Shown here piece after piece: positions 1 to 10,700 of a DNA stretch of 45,238 nt (within the stretch, counting starts at the first letter, position 1; every line of letters begins with the position of its first letter). Both the position numbers and the translations under genes were made by a program. The stretch is from Octopus bimaculoides. Lineage: Eukaryota. Location of the stretch: assembly GCF_001194135.2 (NCBI RefSeq), contig NC_068986.1, positions 16,935,193 through 16,980,430 on the forward strand, given 5' to 3'. The notes below the pieces were generated by a model, which searched no databases, was not told the origin of the DNA, and worked only from the letters and a program-made list of their open reading frames with translations.

Positions 1-149
1 TATATCTTCATCCACATGTACATATAGATACATAACTGGGTACATGATGTGGCAAAAAAACATGGACAAAATGGTAAACAAGGTGCAACAAACAAGCAGG
101 CCACATAGAAACATCCCCTTCATCAGCTGCCAGCATTAAAACCCCGGAA

Positions 150-191
<42 letters not shown>

Positions 192-229
192 CACATGCAG
201 ATATATACATACACATTTACATACATGCA

Positions 230-464
230 CAGAGGGTTGGCGAAAGATACCTGACAGTAAATCAAAATTCCATAAATATTGATATTCAATTACATTTATT
301 CATTCCAGTACTGAATGTTTAATAATTGCATGCTGTGAGATAAAATCACCGTTTGTTTTTCAAGATTTGTGGATTTATTAGCGAAGTCTCAGGTAAAATA
401 ATTTCTTTTAATCTTGGAATTAAATGGTTTCGATATACTGTCAGGTGACTTTTGACCAGCCCTG
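230..464. mobile_element. Tc1/mariner-type MITE (~235 bp)
   Basis: Imperfect TIRs: left CAGAGGGTTGGCGAAAGATACCTGACAGTAAATC vs reverse complement of the right end CAGGGCTGGTCAAAAGTCACCTGACAGTATATC. The right end is followed by TA. No coding capacity. Confidence 0.6.
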
Positions 465-510
<46 letters not shown>

Positions 511-655
511 CATACATACATACACAAACACACAGACTGTGTTGAATAAAGTGTTGTCTAAATTACACCAAAATGAAACTAACTCTGACATGTCATTTTA
601 AAAGATATATTTACCAAAATTACATAAAAATATCTTGTAATACTGAAGAGTAAAT

Positions 656-1135
656 TTATTCAATAAAATCGCCATTCACTTCAACCACAGTCTCCAGACA
701 ACTGGAATCTCCTGCAACTCTTCTGGATGGTCTCTTTTTGTCTAAGTTGGTGATTGCTGCTTTAATCCTCGCCTCCAGTTCATCTTTGGTGTTACAAGGA
801 GTTTTGTTGGTCTCTCGCTCAGCTGCACCCCACACATAATAATCAAGGGGTTTTCAATCTGGGGAGTTAGGTAGCCAGATGTTAGGGGTGACGTGGTTGT
901 AGAAGTTGTCTGACAGCCATGACTGGGTCCTCCTGTTTGTGTGGAATAGTGCAGAGTCTTGCTGCTATACATAGGGTCTTCCAGCAGCCAACCTCTTAAC
1001 CAGGCAGTTGGTGAAGGTTTTGGTGTTCAGTCTGAGGCCATGTGGGAAGATTAATGGAGGCATAGCATTGCCATTGCTAGTGATCATGCCAAACAACAAT
1101 GTTGACAGGATGTTTGATTTTTATCACTCTCAGGA
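656..1135 (-). pseudogene. Degenerate Tc1/mariner transposase C-terminal half, DD37D (maT/mori-type)
   Basis: Manual translation: ...MPPLIFPHGLRLNTKTF...RPYV*QQDSALFHTNRRTQSWLSDNFYNHVTPNIWLPNSPD*KPLDYYVWGAAERETNKTPCNTKDELEARIK...TVVEVNGDFIE*. There are 37 positions between the D of QQD and the D of PLD. In-frame stops are present and the first catalytic D is not visible. Confidence 0.85.
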
Positions 1136-1253
1136 CAATTCTTCACATTGACACCCAGGCACTATGAAATGTTCATATTGGAGTTTCTGGCATGAAAGCC
1201 AAGCAGTACAGCACGTCGTTTCCATCCATCCATACATACATACGTACATACAT

Positions 1254-2032
1254 GATGATGATGGCTGTCCACTCGTTATCTAGGAAGACCATTGCTGACC
1301 TTCAGGAACATTGTGTGCTCTAGGACTAACTTATATTTAGCATTTGTGGCTCCGTTGGTGGCTAATGAGCCCTTATCTTGACAAGCATACATGACTGCAA
1401 ACATTACAGACCAAGCTTTCCCCATTCACTATACGAGCCGTGCACTTTCGCGCAGCTCGCTTAAGTTCTTCATGCTGGATACGTGCTCTGAAAATTGTCG
1501 ATCCCCTCCTTAACCTGCTTCCTCCATCTGTGGCGATGACAGGCATTGTTCTCCCAGTCAGTGTCCTGCATATCACAGGCCCTTAATGAGGACTTGACAC
1601 AGTCCTTAAATCGCAGCCTTGGTTTCTGCCGGAGTCTCCTTCAATTCAGAAGTTCTCCATATAGCATTTGCTTAGGAATCCTGCTATCCTTCATTCTAAT
1701 AAGGTGTCCTGTCCAATGTAACCATGGCTTGTGCACCATTGCCTCAATACTCAAGATATCAGCTGTCCTCAGGACCTGTGTGTCTGGAATTTTTGAGGTC
1801 CAGCCAACATTGAGAATGTGTCTGAGACATCTCTGATGAAAGCGTTCAAGGACCCTTACCTGACGTTTGTACAGAGTCCATGTCTCACATGAGTAGAGGA
1901 TTGATGTCAGTACACATGCATGGTACACAGCAACTTTTGTTTGCCTTGCGATGCCATGCTGGGACCAGACACGAGACAGAAGAGACCAGAATGAATTAGT
2001 TGCTCTCTGCAGCGTGAAAGATATTTCCTCAT
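1254..2032 (-). mobile_element. 5'-truncated RTE-clade LINE (3' end of ORF, 3' UTR, (CAT)n tail)
   Basis: ORF 1641..2096 reads TKVAVYHACVLTSILYSCETWTLYKRQVRVLERFHQRCLRHIL...WTGHLIRMKDSRIPKQMLYGEL. It continues RFKDCVKSSL...WRKQVKEG and reaches a C-terminal CNVCSHVCLSR motif, typical of RTE/BovB-like ORF ends. It terminates in CATCATCAT on the element strand. Confidence 0.9.
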
Positions 2033-2339
2033 CCACCCATCCATAAATACATACATACATGTGTGTGTGTGTTTTAATTTTGTCTACTGGAGTCAATCAT
2101 TACACACCTATTCGATATATAAATGCTTCGAACATATGACTCATTACTGTAAACAATTTTGTAGAGAATAGATTTTATTTAAATATGTATGCTGGTATAC
2201 ATTTAAATACACGGAGGAAACATTCTAATCTATATTATTAAATGTCTAGTAATATCGAACGTGTTGTTCTAAAGTATATTTCAATGAATCACTACATCCA
2301 CATGCATACATACATATTAATGTTCATACACACTTGCAT

Positions 2340-2371
2340 TATTTCAATGACATATATAAATATCTCACATG

Positions 2372-2463
<92 letters not shown>

Positions 2464-2561
2464 TATTCTTATCAATTCAGTCACATTAACATATTCCCCT
2501 CCACTCACACATCCAATTAATACATATGTACACACATATACAAACAAGTGTGCATGCACAA

Positions 2562-2604
<43 letters not shown>

Positions 2605-2930
2605 TGCACACAATCACACACACACACATGAATACAATCTCACACATGCACACATATACAACCAAATATATGTACACACACACAATTACACATACCTGTA
2701 TACATATATACACATACATATACACACACATGCAATTACATATATACACACATACATTTACATGTATATATATATACACATATACACAAGTGTATATACA
2801 TGCATACATACATATACACACATACACTCATATACACACACATATAAACACACAAATACACACATATACGCACACACACACACACACATATATGCATACC
2901 TATCGATACACATATCTTCACATATATGTT
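2340..2930. repeat. Compound (CA)n/(TA)n microsatellite and low-complexity tract
   Basis: Long pure (CA)n at ~2373-2460 followed by degenerate CA/TA repeats. This is the source of the HT/CV-rich ORFs. Confidence 0.95.
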
Positions 2931-3462
2931 ATGTAGTTTCCAGCATAACTTAATGTTTAATGACACACACATTTTAATTAGCGTTCGCTAACGATATCGA
3001 CCACCATTGAAGCATTAACATTCATACATATAAATACTATGACATAATATGGTACATACTGCAAAATTTAATTTAATAGTTATCCTCCTCTTAATGAAGT
3101 AGAACACAGCGTTAATTCATTTCTATTTATTCTCCAAGAGATGATGTGATGAAGCATATATTTTATTTTTGGTCATCTCCTGAGTTCTTTTGAATTTCAT
3201 TTACAAAAGATACATAACTCAATGAATAACTATGATTAGAAGTTCTCTTTTTCTCCAATGATGATTATAAATGTACCACATGAAACTTTGATATGTCAAA
3301 GTTTGAAGTCGCATACAAATTTTTCTATTTTACTTTTTCTTATCTATTGCGTATACAGATTATATGGTGCACAGACATTTAATCATAAATATGTGTTGAC
3401 TTGACCTGAAGATATATATCACAATTGTGACATTAAGATACATTTATATAAATAAGATAGGG

Positions 3463-3498
<36 letters not shown>

Positions 3499-3692
3499 TG
3501 CAAGACTTAAAGCTGTTGTTATTAGAAATGACATCCAGCTGTTGAGACCATGGTAAAGCAGACACTGAAGTATGAGCTCATCCCCCTACTAATCAGATCC
3601 TCTTGAATCATCCGATCCATACTGACCACCACAGAAAACAGACACAAGCCAATACTGACAAGACAATTACTCACATATACATTATGTAAATA

Positions 3693-4005
3693 CTAGCTGG
3701 ACCCGTGCCGTCAAAAATGACGGTTAATTGTAGTATTTTATATATAAATATGGATGGTAAATCAAATTAATACACTCGTCAACGTTATCTGGTGGTTGTC
3801 TTTTGAGATGGGACATCAATCATCGTTAAGTACTGAAAGGACGCTGGTTCACTCATACAAACATTCACATACCTTCCCTTGTACACGCACAGACAAACAT
3901 GCTGACTCAGAGTTGAAACGCTGCTTGAATTCCCCCCCCTCCTTCCTTATTCCTCCTTTCTCATTCATATGTTGTGACGAAGAAAAACACTAGTGTATCA
4001 TTATA
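3693..4005 (-). mobile_element. Probable non-autonomous Helitron, 3' terminus (5' end not resolved)
   Basis: Minus strand reads CCGTC-ATTTTT-GACGG hairpin (3708-3723), then CACGGGTCCAG-CTAG|T. A subterminal hairpin, terminal CTAG and following T are the Helitron 3' hallmark. The 4005 boundary is a guess. Confidence 0.5.
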
Positions 4006-4014
4006 GTTCATATC

Positions 4015-4046
<32 letters not shown>

Positions 4047-4236
4047 TTACTTTTTTCAGTCATGTGTCTGTGGCCATGCTGGAGCACCGCTTTTAGTCGA
4101 GCAAATCGACCCAAGGACTTATTCTTTGGAAGCTTAGTACTTATTCTATTGGTCTTTATTGCCAAACCGCTAAGTTACAGGGATGTAAATACACCAGCAT
4201 AGGTCGTCAAGCGATGTTGGGGGGACAAACGCAGAT

Positions 4237-4275
<39 letters not shown>

Positions 4276-4438
4276 AATATACAATGTGCTTCTTTCAGTT
4301 TCTGTCTACCAAATCCACTCACAAGGCTTTGGTCGGCTCGAGGCTATGGTAGAAGACACTTGCCCAAGGTGCCACGCAGTGGGACTGAACCCGGAACTAT
4401 GTGGTTGGTAAGGATGCTACTTACCACACAGCCACTCC
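4047..4438 (-). mobile_element. SINE family A (tRNA-derived, CORE-like, internal microsatellite), full length
   Basis: Head GGAGTGGCTGTGTGGTAAG with A-box-like TGGCTGTGTGG and B-box-like GGTTCAGTCCC. CACCTTGGGCAAG is a CORE-like motif. Internal (CA)n, and 3' end GCTCCAGCATGGCCACAGACACATGACTGAAA. About 16 copies or fragments occur in the window. Confidence 0.85.
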
Positions 4439-4475
<37 letters not shown>

Positions 4476-4609
4476 AGGATAATAATCCAAGTTGTGTTAT
4501 CTTCAAGCCCACCTGCTTATTCTAGTTCTGCAAGGTCACATGTGGATGTTATATTTACATGAGTTATGGCTAAGATATGAAAAATACTGGAAAATATTTT
4601 TGAGTGAGT

Positions 4610-4947
4610 GAGGAGACCCCCATCGGTCATGAATGACCATGGGATTGCACCTAGAAAGTTACCCTCCGAGGCACAAGTCCAGGCAAGGTTGTATATGGAA
4701 GACCAGCAGTCGCCCCTGCATATCAGCCTCCCCTCTCCACGCCACAGATATTATCCAAGGGAAAGGCAAAGGGGCCGATACAACTTGGCACCAGTGATGT
4801 CGCAACTCATTTCTACAGCTGAGTTAACTGGAGCAACGGGAAACAAAGTGTCTTGCTCAAGAACAGAACACGCAGCGCAGTCCGGGAATCAAACTCAGAC
4901 CCTCACAATCGTAAGCTCGGCGCTCTAACCACTGAGCCATGCACCTT
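4610..4947 (-). mobile_element. SINE family D (tRNA head, CTTGAGCAAGACACTT body, tail T1)
   Basis: Head GGCTCAGTGGTTAGAGCG...GAGTTTGATTCCCGG. Homologous along its length to 14998-15310 (shared CAACCTTGCCTGGACTTGTGCCTCGGAG). Confidence 0.75.
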
Positions 4948-5048
4948 GGTAATTACATATCAAAACAGTAGATTGAAAAACAGAATACCAAATCAATAAC
5001 ACCAAAAAATTTTGAACCTAGGTTCTCATTCCTAAGGTATGTTTTGAA

Positions 5049-5150
5049 AATTATTATCATTATTATTATTATTCAGGTCACTGCCTGGAATCGAACTCAG
5101 AATCTTGGGGTTAGTAGCCCGCGCCCTTAATCACTACAACATATGCCCGT
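5049..5150 (-). mobile_element. Short tRNA-derived retroposon / tRNA-like pseudogene with (AAT)n tail
   Basis: ACGGGCATATGTTGTAGTGATTAAGGGCGCGGGCTACTAACCCCAAGATTCTGAGTTCGATTCCAGGCAGTGACCTG followed by (AAT)n. B-box GAGTTCGATTCC is intact, the A-box is decayed and the acceptor stem does not pair. Confidence 0.55.
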
Positions 5151-5505
5151 AGAACTGTTTAATATATACTATTTAAATTTTCTTCATATATGAATTATTT
5201 TGGAAATTATAAATATTTGGAAAAGTCCCAAATTGGGATCGCTGAAAAAATGTATATTTATCTTTTCCTATTCAATACCAATAATAAACATTTTAGTTTA
5301 TTTGAAACTATAGTATAAAATGCGAATGTGTATGAAATAGATATAGATGGGAAATGCAAAAAAAAAAAAAACGTTTTCAAAACTGAATATTTTTATATTG
5401 AAAAATTGCAGTTTATGCCATAAAATGTCCTCTAGAATTAACCAGAGCTAATAATGACACTAAGTATTAAATATTGTTAAACACACCTCTGTAAATGCAA
5501 TGTGC

Positions 5506-5733
5506 TATTTCTTTACTACCCACAAGGGGCTACACACAGAGGGGACAAACAAGGACAGACAAACGGATTAAGTCGATTATACCGACCCCAGTGCATAACT
5601 GGTACATATTTGATCGACCCCGAAAGGATGAAAGGCAAAGTCGACCTTGGTGGAATTTGAACTCAGAACGTAGCGGCAGACGAAATACCGCTAAGCATTT
5701 CGCCCGGCGTGCTAACGTTTCTGGCAGCTCGCC
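5506..5733 (-). mobile_element. SINE family B, full length with 9-bp TSD
   Basis: Head GGCGAGCTGCCAGAAACGTTAGCAC...GAGTTCAAATTCC and body GTCGACTTTGCCTTTCATCCTTTCGGGGTCGAT. Flanked by the direct repeat GCAATGTGC at 5497-5505 and 5734-5742. Confidence 0.85.
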
Positions 5734-6020
5734 GCAATGTGCATAAGCAATTCATTTTAAATAAAACAAACAACTGGCAGTGAGATTGTTTTTAACAGAT
5801 CCCCAAATGGGGCTCGTGGAAGGCAATGGGTTAGACATTTGAAATAAAGCATTAGGACTGGCGAACATCAATAACATTATTCCTTATTATCGTAAGCAGT
5901 TTCCATTGTACGTACATACAGATATAATTCATTTATTTATTTCATTATTGCAGTGTTTTCTCTCATTTTTTCACACATCCATATCAAATGGCAAAATATA
6001 TGAGAAAATGTATATCTTAC

Positions 6021-6101
6021 CAGTAAAGCAAGCATGTTAACTTCAAACCTCAATAAAGATGGTACTTACCTAAATGAAAAGTAAAAAGAAAGTATGTTAG
6101 C
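6021..6101 (-). other. Candidate splice signals: branch point + pyrimidine tract + AG|GTAAGT, 49-nt exon, second donor
   Basis: Minus strand: TGCTAAC-ATACTTTCTTTTTACTTTTCATTTAG|GTAAGT...(49 nt)...CTG|GTAAGA. Motif evidence only, no transcript data. Confidence 0.4.
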
Positions 6102-6279
6102 ATAATAATGATAATAATAATAATAATTAATTCGTTTTATTGGCCACAAGGGCTAATATCAATTAAAACATAAGGACAAAGACAGGATGAAGGTTACAAA
6201 AGGTTTTGTCCGAAAAGGTAGGAAAGTTCGTCTAAACAGAGGAAGAAAACGGAGAAAGATATAAATAAATAGATAAATA

Positions 6280-6321
<42 letters not shown>

Positions 6322-7180
6322 TATTGGCACTTGTACCGGTAGCACGTTAGAAAACATTCGAGCGANNNNNNNNNNNNNNNNNNNNNNNNNNNNNNNNNNN
6401 NNNNNNNNNNNNNNNNNNNNNNNNNNNNNNNNNNNNNNNNNNNNNNNNNNNNNNNNNNNNNNNNNNNNNNNNNNNNNNNNNNNNNNNNNNNNNNNNNNNN
6501 NNNNNNNNNNNNNNNNNNNNNNNNNNNNNNNNNNNNNNNNNNNNNNNNNNNNNNNNNNNNNNNNNNNNNNNNNNNNNNNNNNNNNNNNNNNNNNNNNNNN
6601 NNNNNNNNNNNNNNNNNNNNNNNNNNNNNNNNNNNNNNNNNNNNNNNNNNNNNNNNNNNNNNNNNNNNNNNNNNNNNNNNNNNNNNNNNNNNNNNNNNNN
6701 NNNNNNNNNNNNNNNNNNNNNNNNNNNNNNNNNNNNNNNNNNNNNNNNNNNNNNNNNNNNNNNNNNNNNNNNNNNNNNNNNNNNNNNNNNNNNNNNNNNN
6801 NNNNNNNNNNNNNNNNNNNNNNNNNNNNNNNNNNNNNNNNNNNNNNNNNNNNNNNNNNNNNNNNNNNNNNNNNNNNNNNNNNNNNNNNNNNNNNNNNNNN
6901 NNNNNNNNNNNNNNNNNNNNNNNNNNNNNNNNNNNNNNNNNNNNNNNNNNNNNNNNNNNNNNNNNNNNNNNNNNNNNNNNNNNNNNNNNNNNNNNNNNNN
7001 NNNNNNNNNNNGACATACACAAACACACAACGGATATGAAGAGTTCATGAAGCACAAAAGCAGCAAGAAAAGTCTTGGGAGTCTTAGTTTGATGTGAAGA
7101 CACTTGAGAAAGTGCAGAGAATGAAAATAAAGACTACAGCATGTGGACTTCATATGCCATCTGTTTTACTTTCTACTGCT

Positions 7181-7219
<39 letters not shown>

Positions 7220-7370
7220 TTTCTAATTTTGGTACAAGATCACAGAATTCCATAGGAAGTATAAGTGTGTTTGCATATACGTGGAGAGAGAGATAGTGTG
7301 TTTCAGTATTGAATATTTTGTTTTTCCATCTAACCTAAAATTGTTACAATACTACGTTTGCATTTTATTT

Positions 7371-7754
7371 GGAGTGGCTGTGTGGTAAGTAGCTTGCTTA
7401 CCAACCACATCGTTCCAGGTTCAGTCCCACTGCATGGCACCTTGGGCAAGTGTCTTCTACTATAGCCTCGGGCCGACCAAAGCCTTGTGAGTGGATTTGG
7501 TAGACGGAAACTGAAAGAAGCCCGTCGTATATATGTATGTGCGTTTGTGTGTCTGTGTTTGTCCCCCCACAATTGCTTGACAATCGATGCTGGTGTATTT
7601 ACACCTCCATAACTTAGCGGTTCGGCAAAAAGAGACCGATAGAATAAGTACTAGGCTTACAAAGAATAAGTGCTGGGGTCGATTTGCTCAACTAAAGGCA
7701 GTGCTCCAGCATGGCTGCAGTCAAATGACTGAAACAAGTAAAAGAATAAAAGAG
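7371..7754 (+). mobile_element. SINE family A, full length
   Basis: GGAGTGGCTGTGTGGTAAG...GGTTCAGTCCCACTGCATGGCACCTTGGGCAAG..., then an internal TA/GT tract, ending GACTGAAACAAGTAAAAGAATAAAAGAG. Confidence 0.88.
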
Positions 7755-7770
7755 TATATATGTGTGTATG

Positions 7771-8082
7771 TGAAGATGGGAAGTGTAGTGGTTAGGGTAT
7801 TTGGCTCATGATTCTAAGGTCATGAGTTCAATTCCTGACCTCATGTTTCCTTGAGCAAGACACTTTGTTTCATACTGCTCCAGTCGAGCTGGCAAGAATG
7901 AGTTATACCTGTAATTTAAAGGGACCAGCCTTGTCACATTGTGTGTGTCACAGAATCTCCCTGAGAACTATGTTAAGGCTGTGTGCATTTGAGGTGTGCT
8001 CAGGCACTGGCGTATTAATTTCACGAGCAGGTTGTTCTGTTGATTGAATCAACGGGAACCCTCATCGCAGTAACCAATGGAG
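7771..8082 (+). mobile_element. SINE family E (tRNA head, D-type body, tail T2)
   Basis: GTGTAGTGGTTAGGGT...GAGTTCAATTCC, then CCTTGAGCAAGACACTTTG. The 3' half (TTAATTTCACGAGCAGG...GGAACCCTC) is shared with 43331-43720. Confidence 0.7.
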
Positions 8083-8300
8083 GGAGTACGGTGAGTACCA
8101 GTTGAGCAGTGGGGGTTGAAATAACCAGTTTAACTCCTCTCCTAAAATTTCAGACCCTGTGTTTATATCAGAAAGGATAATTAATTAGTACTGAGGTGGT
8201 GAGCTGGCAAAATTGTTAAGGTGCCAGGTAAAATGCTGAGCAGTATTTTGTCTGTCTTCGTGTTCTGAGTTCAAATTCCACTGAGACCAACTTTAGCCCT

Positions 8301-8697
8301 CATCATCATTTAATGTCCACTTTCCATGCTCACATGGGTGGAAATGGTTTGACTGAGAAATGGCAAGCCGGGAGACTGTGCCAAGCTCCAATCTGATTTG
8401 GAAAAGTTTCTACAGCTGGATGCCCTTAACAACATCAACTATTCCAAGAGTGTAGCGAGAGCTTTTACGTGGCACTGTTACAGGAGCCAGTCAGGTGGTA
8501 CTGGCATCAGCCTTGCTCAAATTGTGCTTTTTATGTCACTGGCACGGGTGCCACTCAGGTGGCACAGACATCGGTCATGCTCGAATGGTGCTTTTTACAT
8601 GCCACTGGCATGGGTGTCACTCAGGTGGCATAGACATCGGTCACGCTCGAATGATGCTTTTTACTTGCCACTGACGGCACAGGTACCAGTCAGGCAT
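8301..8697 (-). mobile_element. SINE-like family C ((GAT)n tail) with four ~65-bp internal repeat units
   Basis: Plus strand CATCATCATTTAATGTCCACTTTCCATGC...TTTCTACAGCTGGATGCCCTT. GCTTTT(T)A unit starts fall at 8461, 8526, 8590 and 8656. Confidence 0.7.
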
Positions 8698-9045
8698 TCA
8701 GGGTCAATAAAAATAAGTACCAGCCAAACATTAGGGTCACTATAACCAAATTGCTTCATCCCTTGAAATTACTGGCCTTGAGCCAAAATTAGAAACAATT
8801 ATTATTATTATTATTATTATTAATTTTATTATTAACTACATAGACATGAAACCAGAAATTAGTAAACAGAAAAGGAAATATTTTATTCTAAGTACCAGTA
8901 CTTGACAGGAACTTTGGAAGGATTTGAACACTAAATGTAAACAATTATAATTAAATACCACAAGGTAATTTGCTCCGCTAAGGCAGGGGTAATAATCATC
9001 ACTAAGCATACATCTCTAAATATACATTAGTACAAAGACATCTGT

Positions 9046-9082
<37 letters not shown>

Positions 9083-9707
9083 CATAAATTACATTATAAA
9101 CATACAGTCACATATTTTGGATGATGTATACTCGACATCTGGTTGACGAGCAGAGATTCACACTGTGAATTGAGGACATTTCTTTAGCTGGAAGCACTCA
9201 AAAAGCAAGGTATGCAAGTGTATATGCATGTGTGAGTGCGTGTGTGTGTAGGTGACAGAGTAGGATGGACAGATACCATGGTGGGAACGTAAGCATTTTT
9301 AGTAACCCTCATACCTTTACAAGACCGCATGCTCTTATCAATATTTTGGTAACCTTTCTTAAGCAGAAAAAGCAAAGAAAAAAAGTTGAGTCTATAGCTG
9401 ACCTTATCATTGATTATATTTTTAGACTCACACCATTTTTTTTTCAAGGTTCTTGATCCCTATAAACCGTAACTAAAGGCAAGGAACACAATACTTTCTT
9501 AAGAAGCACACATCTGTAATGGAGGTTTATAGTGCCGTACATTTATCCCCTCTCTGCTTGACTTTTATTTACTGTTTTCAACCGCAACTTCTGCTTTAAA
9601 TTTAAAAAGATATAAGCACATCAACAGTAGTTCAGTTCTATATTTGAGAGATGAGGAATTATGTACATAATTTACATATGATGGATATTTGTCATCTTGT
9701 TAGTGGG

Positions 9708-9972
9708 ATCATCATCATCATCATCATCATCGTTTACCATCCGCTTTCCATGTTAGCATGGGTTGGACGATTTGATTGAAGACTGGTGAAACCAGATGGC
9801 TACACCAGGCTCCAATTTGATTTTGCAGAGTTTCTACAGCTGGATGCACTTCCTAACGCCAACCACTCAGAGAGTGTAGAGGGTGCTTTTACGTGTCACC
9901 CGCACGAAGGCCAGTCAGGCGGTACTGGCAACGGCCACGCTCAAAATGGTGCATTCCATGTGCCACCCGCAC
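9708..9972 (-). mobile_element. SINE-like family C copy
   Basis: (CAT)n tail. Highly similar to 41525-41742 (shared CGTGTCACCCGCACGAAGGCCAGTCAGGCGGTACTGGCAACG). Confidence 0.75.
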
Positions 9973-9984
9973 AAAAAAAAAAAA

Positions 9985-10047
9985 GTTAAAATAATAGACA
10001 GAGAACACCACTGGAAAATACGGAAACTAATAGAAGCAGCACATATT
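9985..10047 (+). pseudogene. Possible Penelope-like element GIY-YIG C-terminal remnant
   Basis: Translates as VKIIDREHHWKIRKLIEAAHI, resembling the (I/L)D.E..W..RK..EA..I motif at the end of PLE endonucleases. Only 21 codons. Confidence 0.35.
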
Positions 10048-10484
10048 TCCACCGTATGCCAGCATGGAAGATGAATGTTGAACGGTGAAAATTTTATCAA
10101 CCCCACCAAAAAACAATTGAGTTGACCCCAGTGGAATTTGAACACTGAAGAACAAAACTCTGCTAAGCATTTTGCCCAGTATACTAAGATCTCTGCCAGT
10201 GCATCACCTTATAATATTTCCTAATAATAAAAATAGTTGCTTCTAACTTGAAACAACATGGTTGTGAAATGAACTTCATAATCACATCATAGACCCGTGA
10301 CTGGCTCAAGCCACAAATTTTGGTGATAAAGAATACAGTTAATTCCTAAAATCAGTGAGATGAAAGGGGAAGTTAGAAGCTAACACATCTCAACTGGCTA
10401 GAAATAACAGCTAAATTTCTTTGAAAACCCATATTTCTATGTTAAATACAGTGAGCAACATGACAAGATAATCAAAGGTGGTGA

Positions 10485-10700
10485 TCTGATAGAATCATTA
10501 GAACACCATGGAAAATGCTTATGGGGGTGCATTTTGTGCATTTTCATGTTCCAAGTTCGAATTCTGCCGAGGTCGACTTTGTCTTTCATCATTTTTTTTG
10601 GGGGGTGGCGATAAATAAGTACTAGTGATACACTGGGGTCGATGTAATCAACTTACCCCCCCCCCCCACGCCTGAAACTTCGTGCCAAATTTTGAAATAT
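10485..10700 (+). mobile_element. SINE family B, decayed
   Basis: CAAGTTCGAATTCTGCCGAGGTCGACTTTGTCTTTCATC...ATAAGTACTAG...GGGGTCGATGTAATCAAC. Confidence 0.65.

Noticed and set aside
2242-2972. Long HT/YI/CV-rich ORFs (also at 16.9-17.4, 28.3-29.3, 35.0-35.7 and 38.4-39.1 kb)
   Set aside because: Translations of CA/TA microsatellites, open in several frames on both strands, with no protein signal.
4214-4411. Recurring short ORFs such as LLSVSVYQIHSQGFG, AEFLQLDALP and LGRVSST
   Set aside because: Incidental translations of SINE families A and C, not a gene family.
5072-5150. Functional tRNA gene
   Set aside because: The acceptor stem does not pair, the A-box is decayed and an (AAT)n tail follows, so it is a retroposed tRNA-like element.
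6232-7153. ORFs of 250-320 aa spanning N-runs (also at 14.0, 17.5 and 33.8 kb)
   Set aside because: Their length comes from Ns, which lack stop codons.
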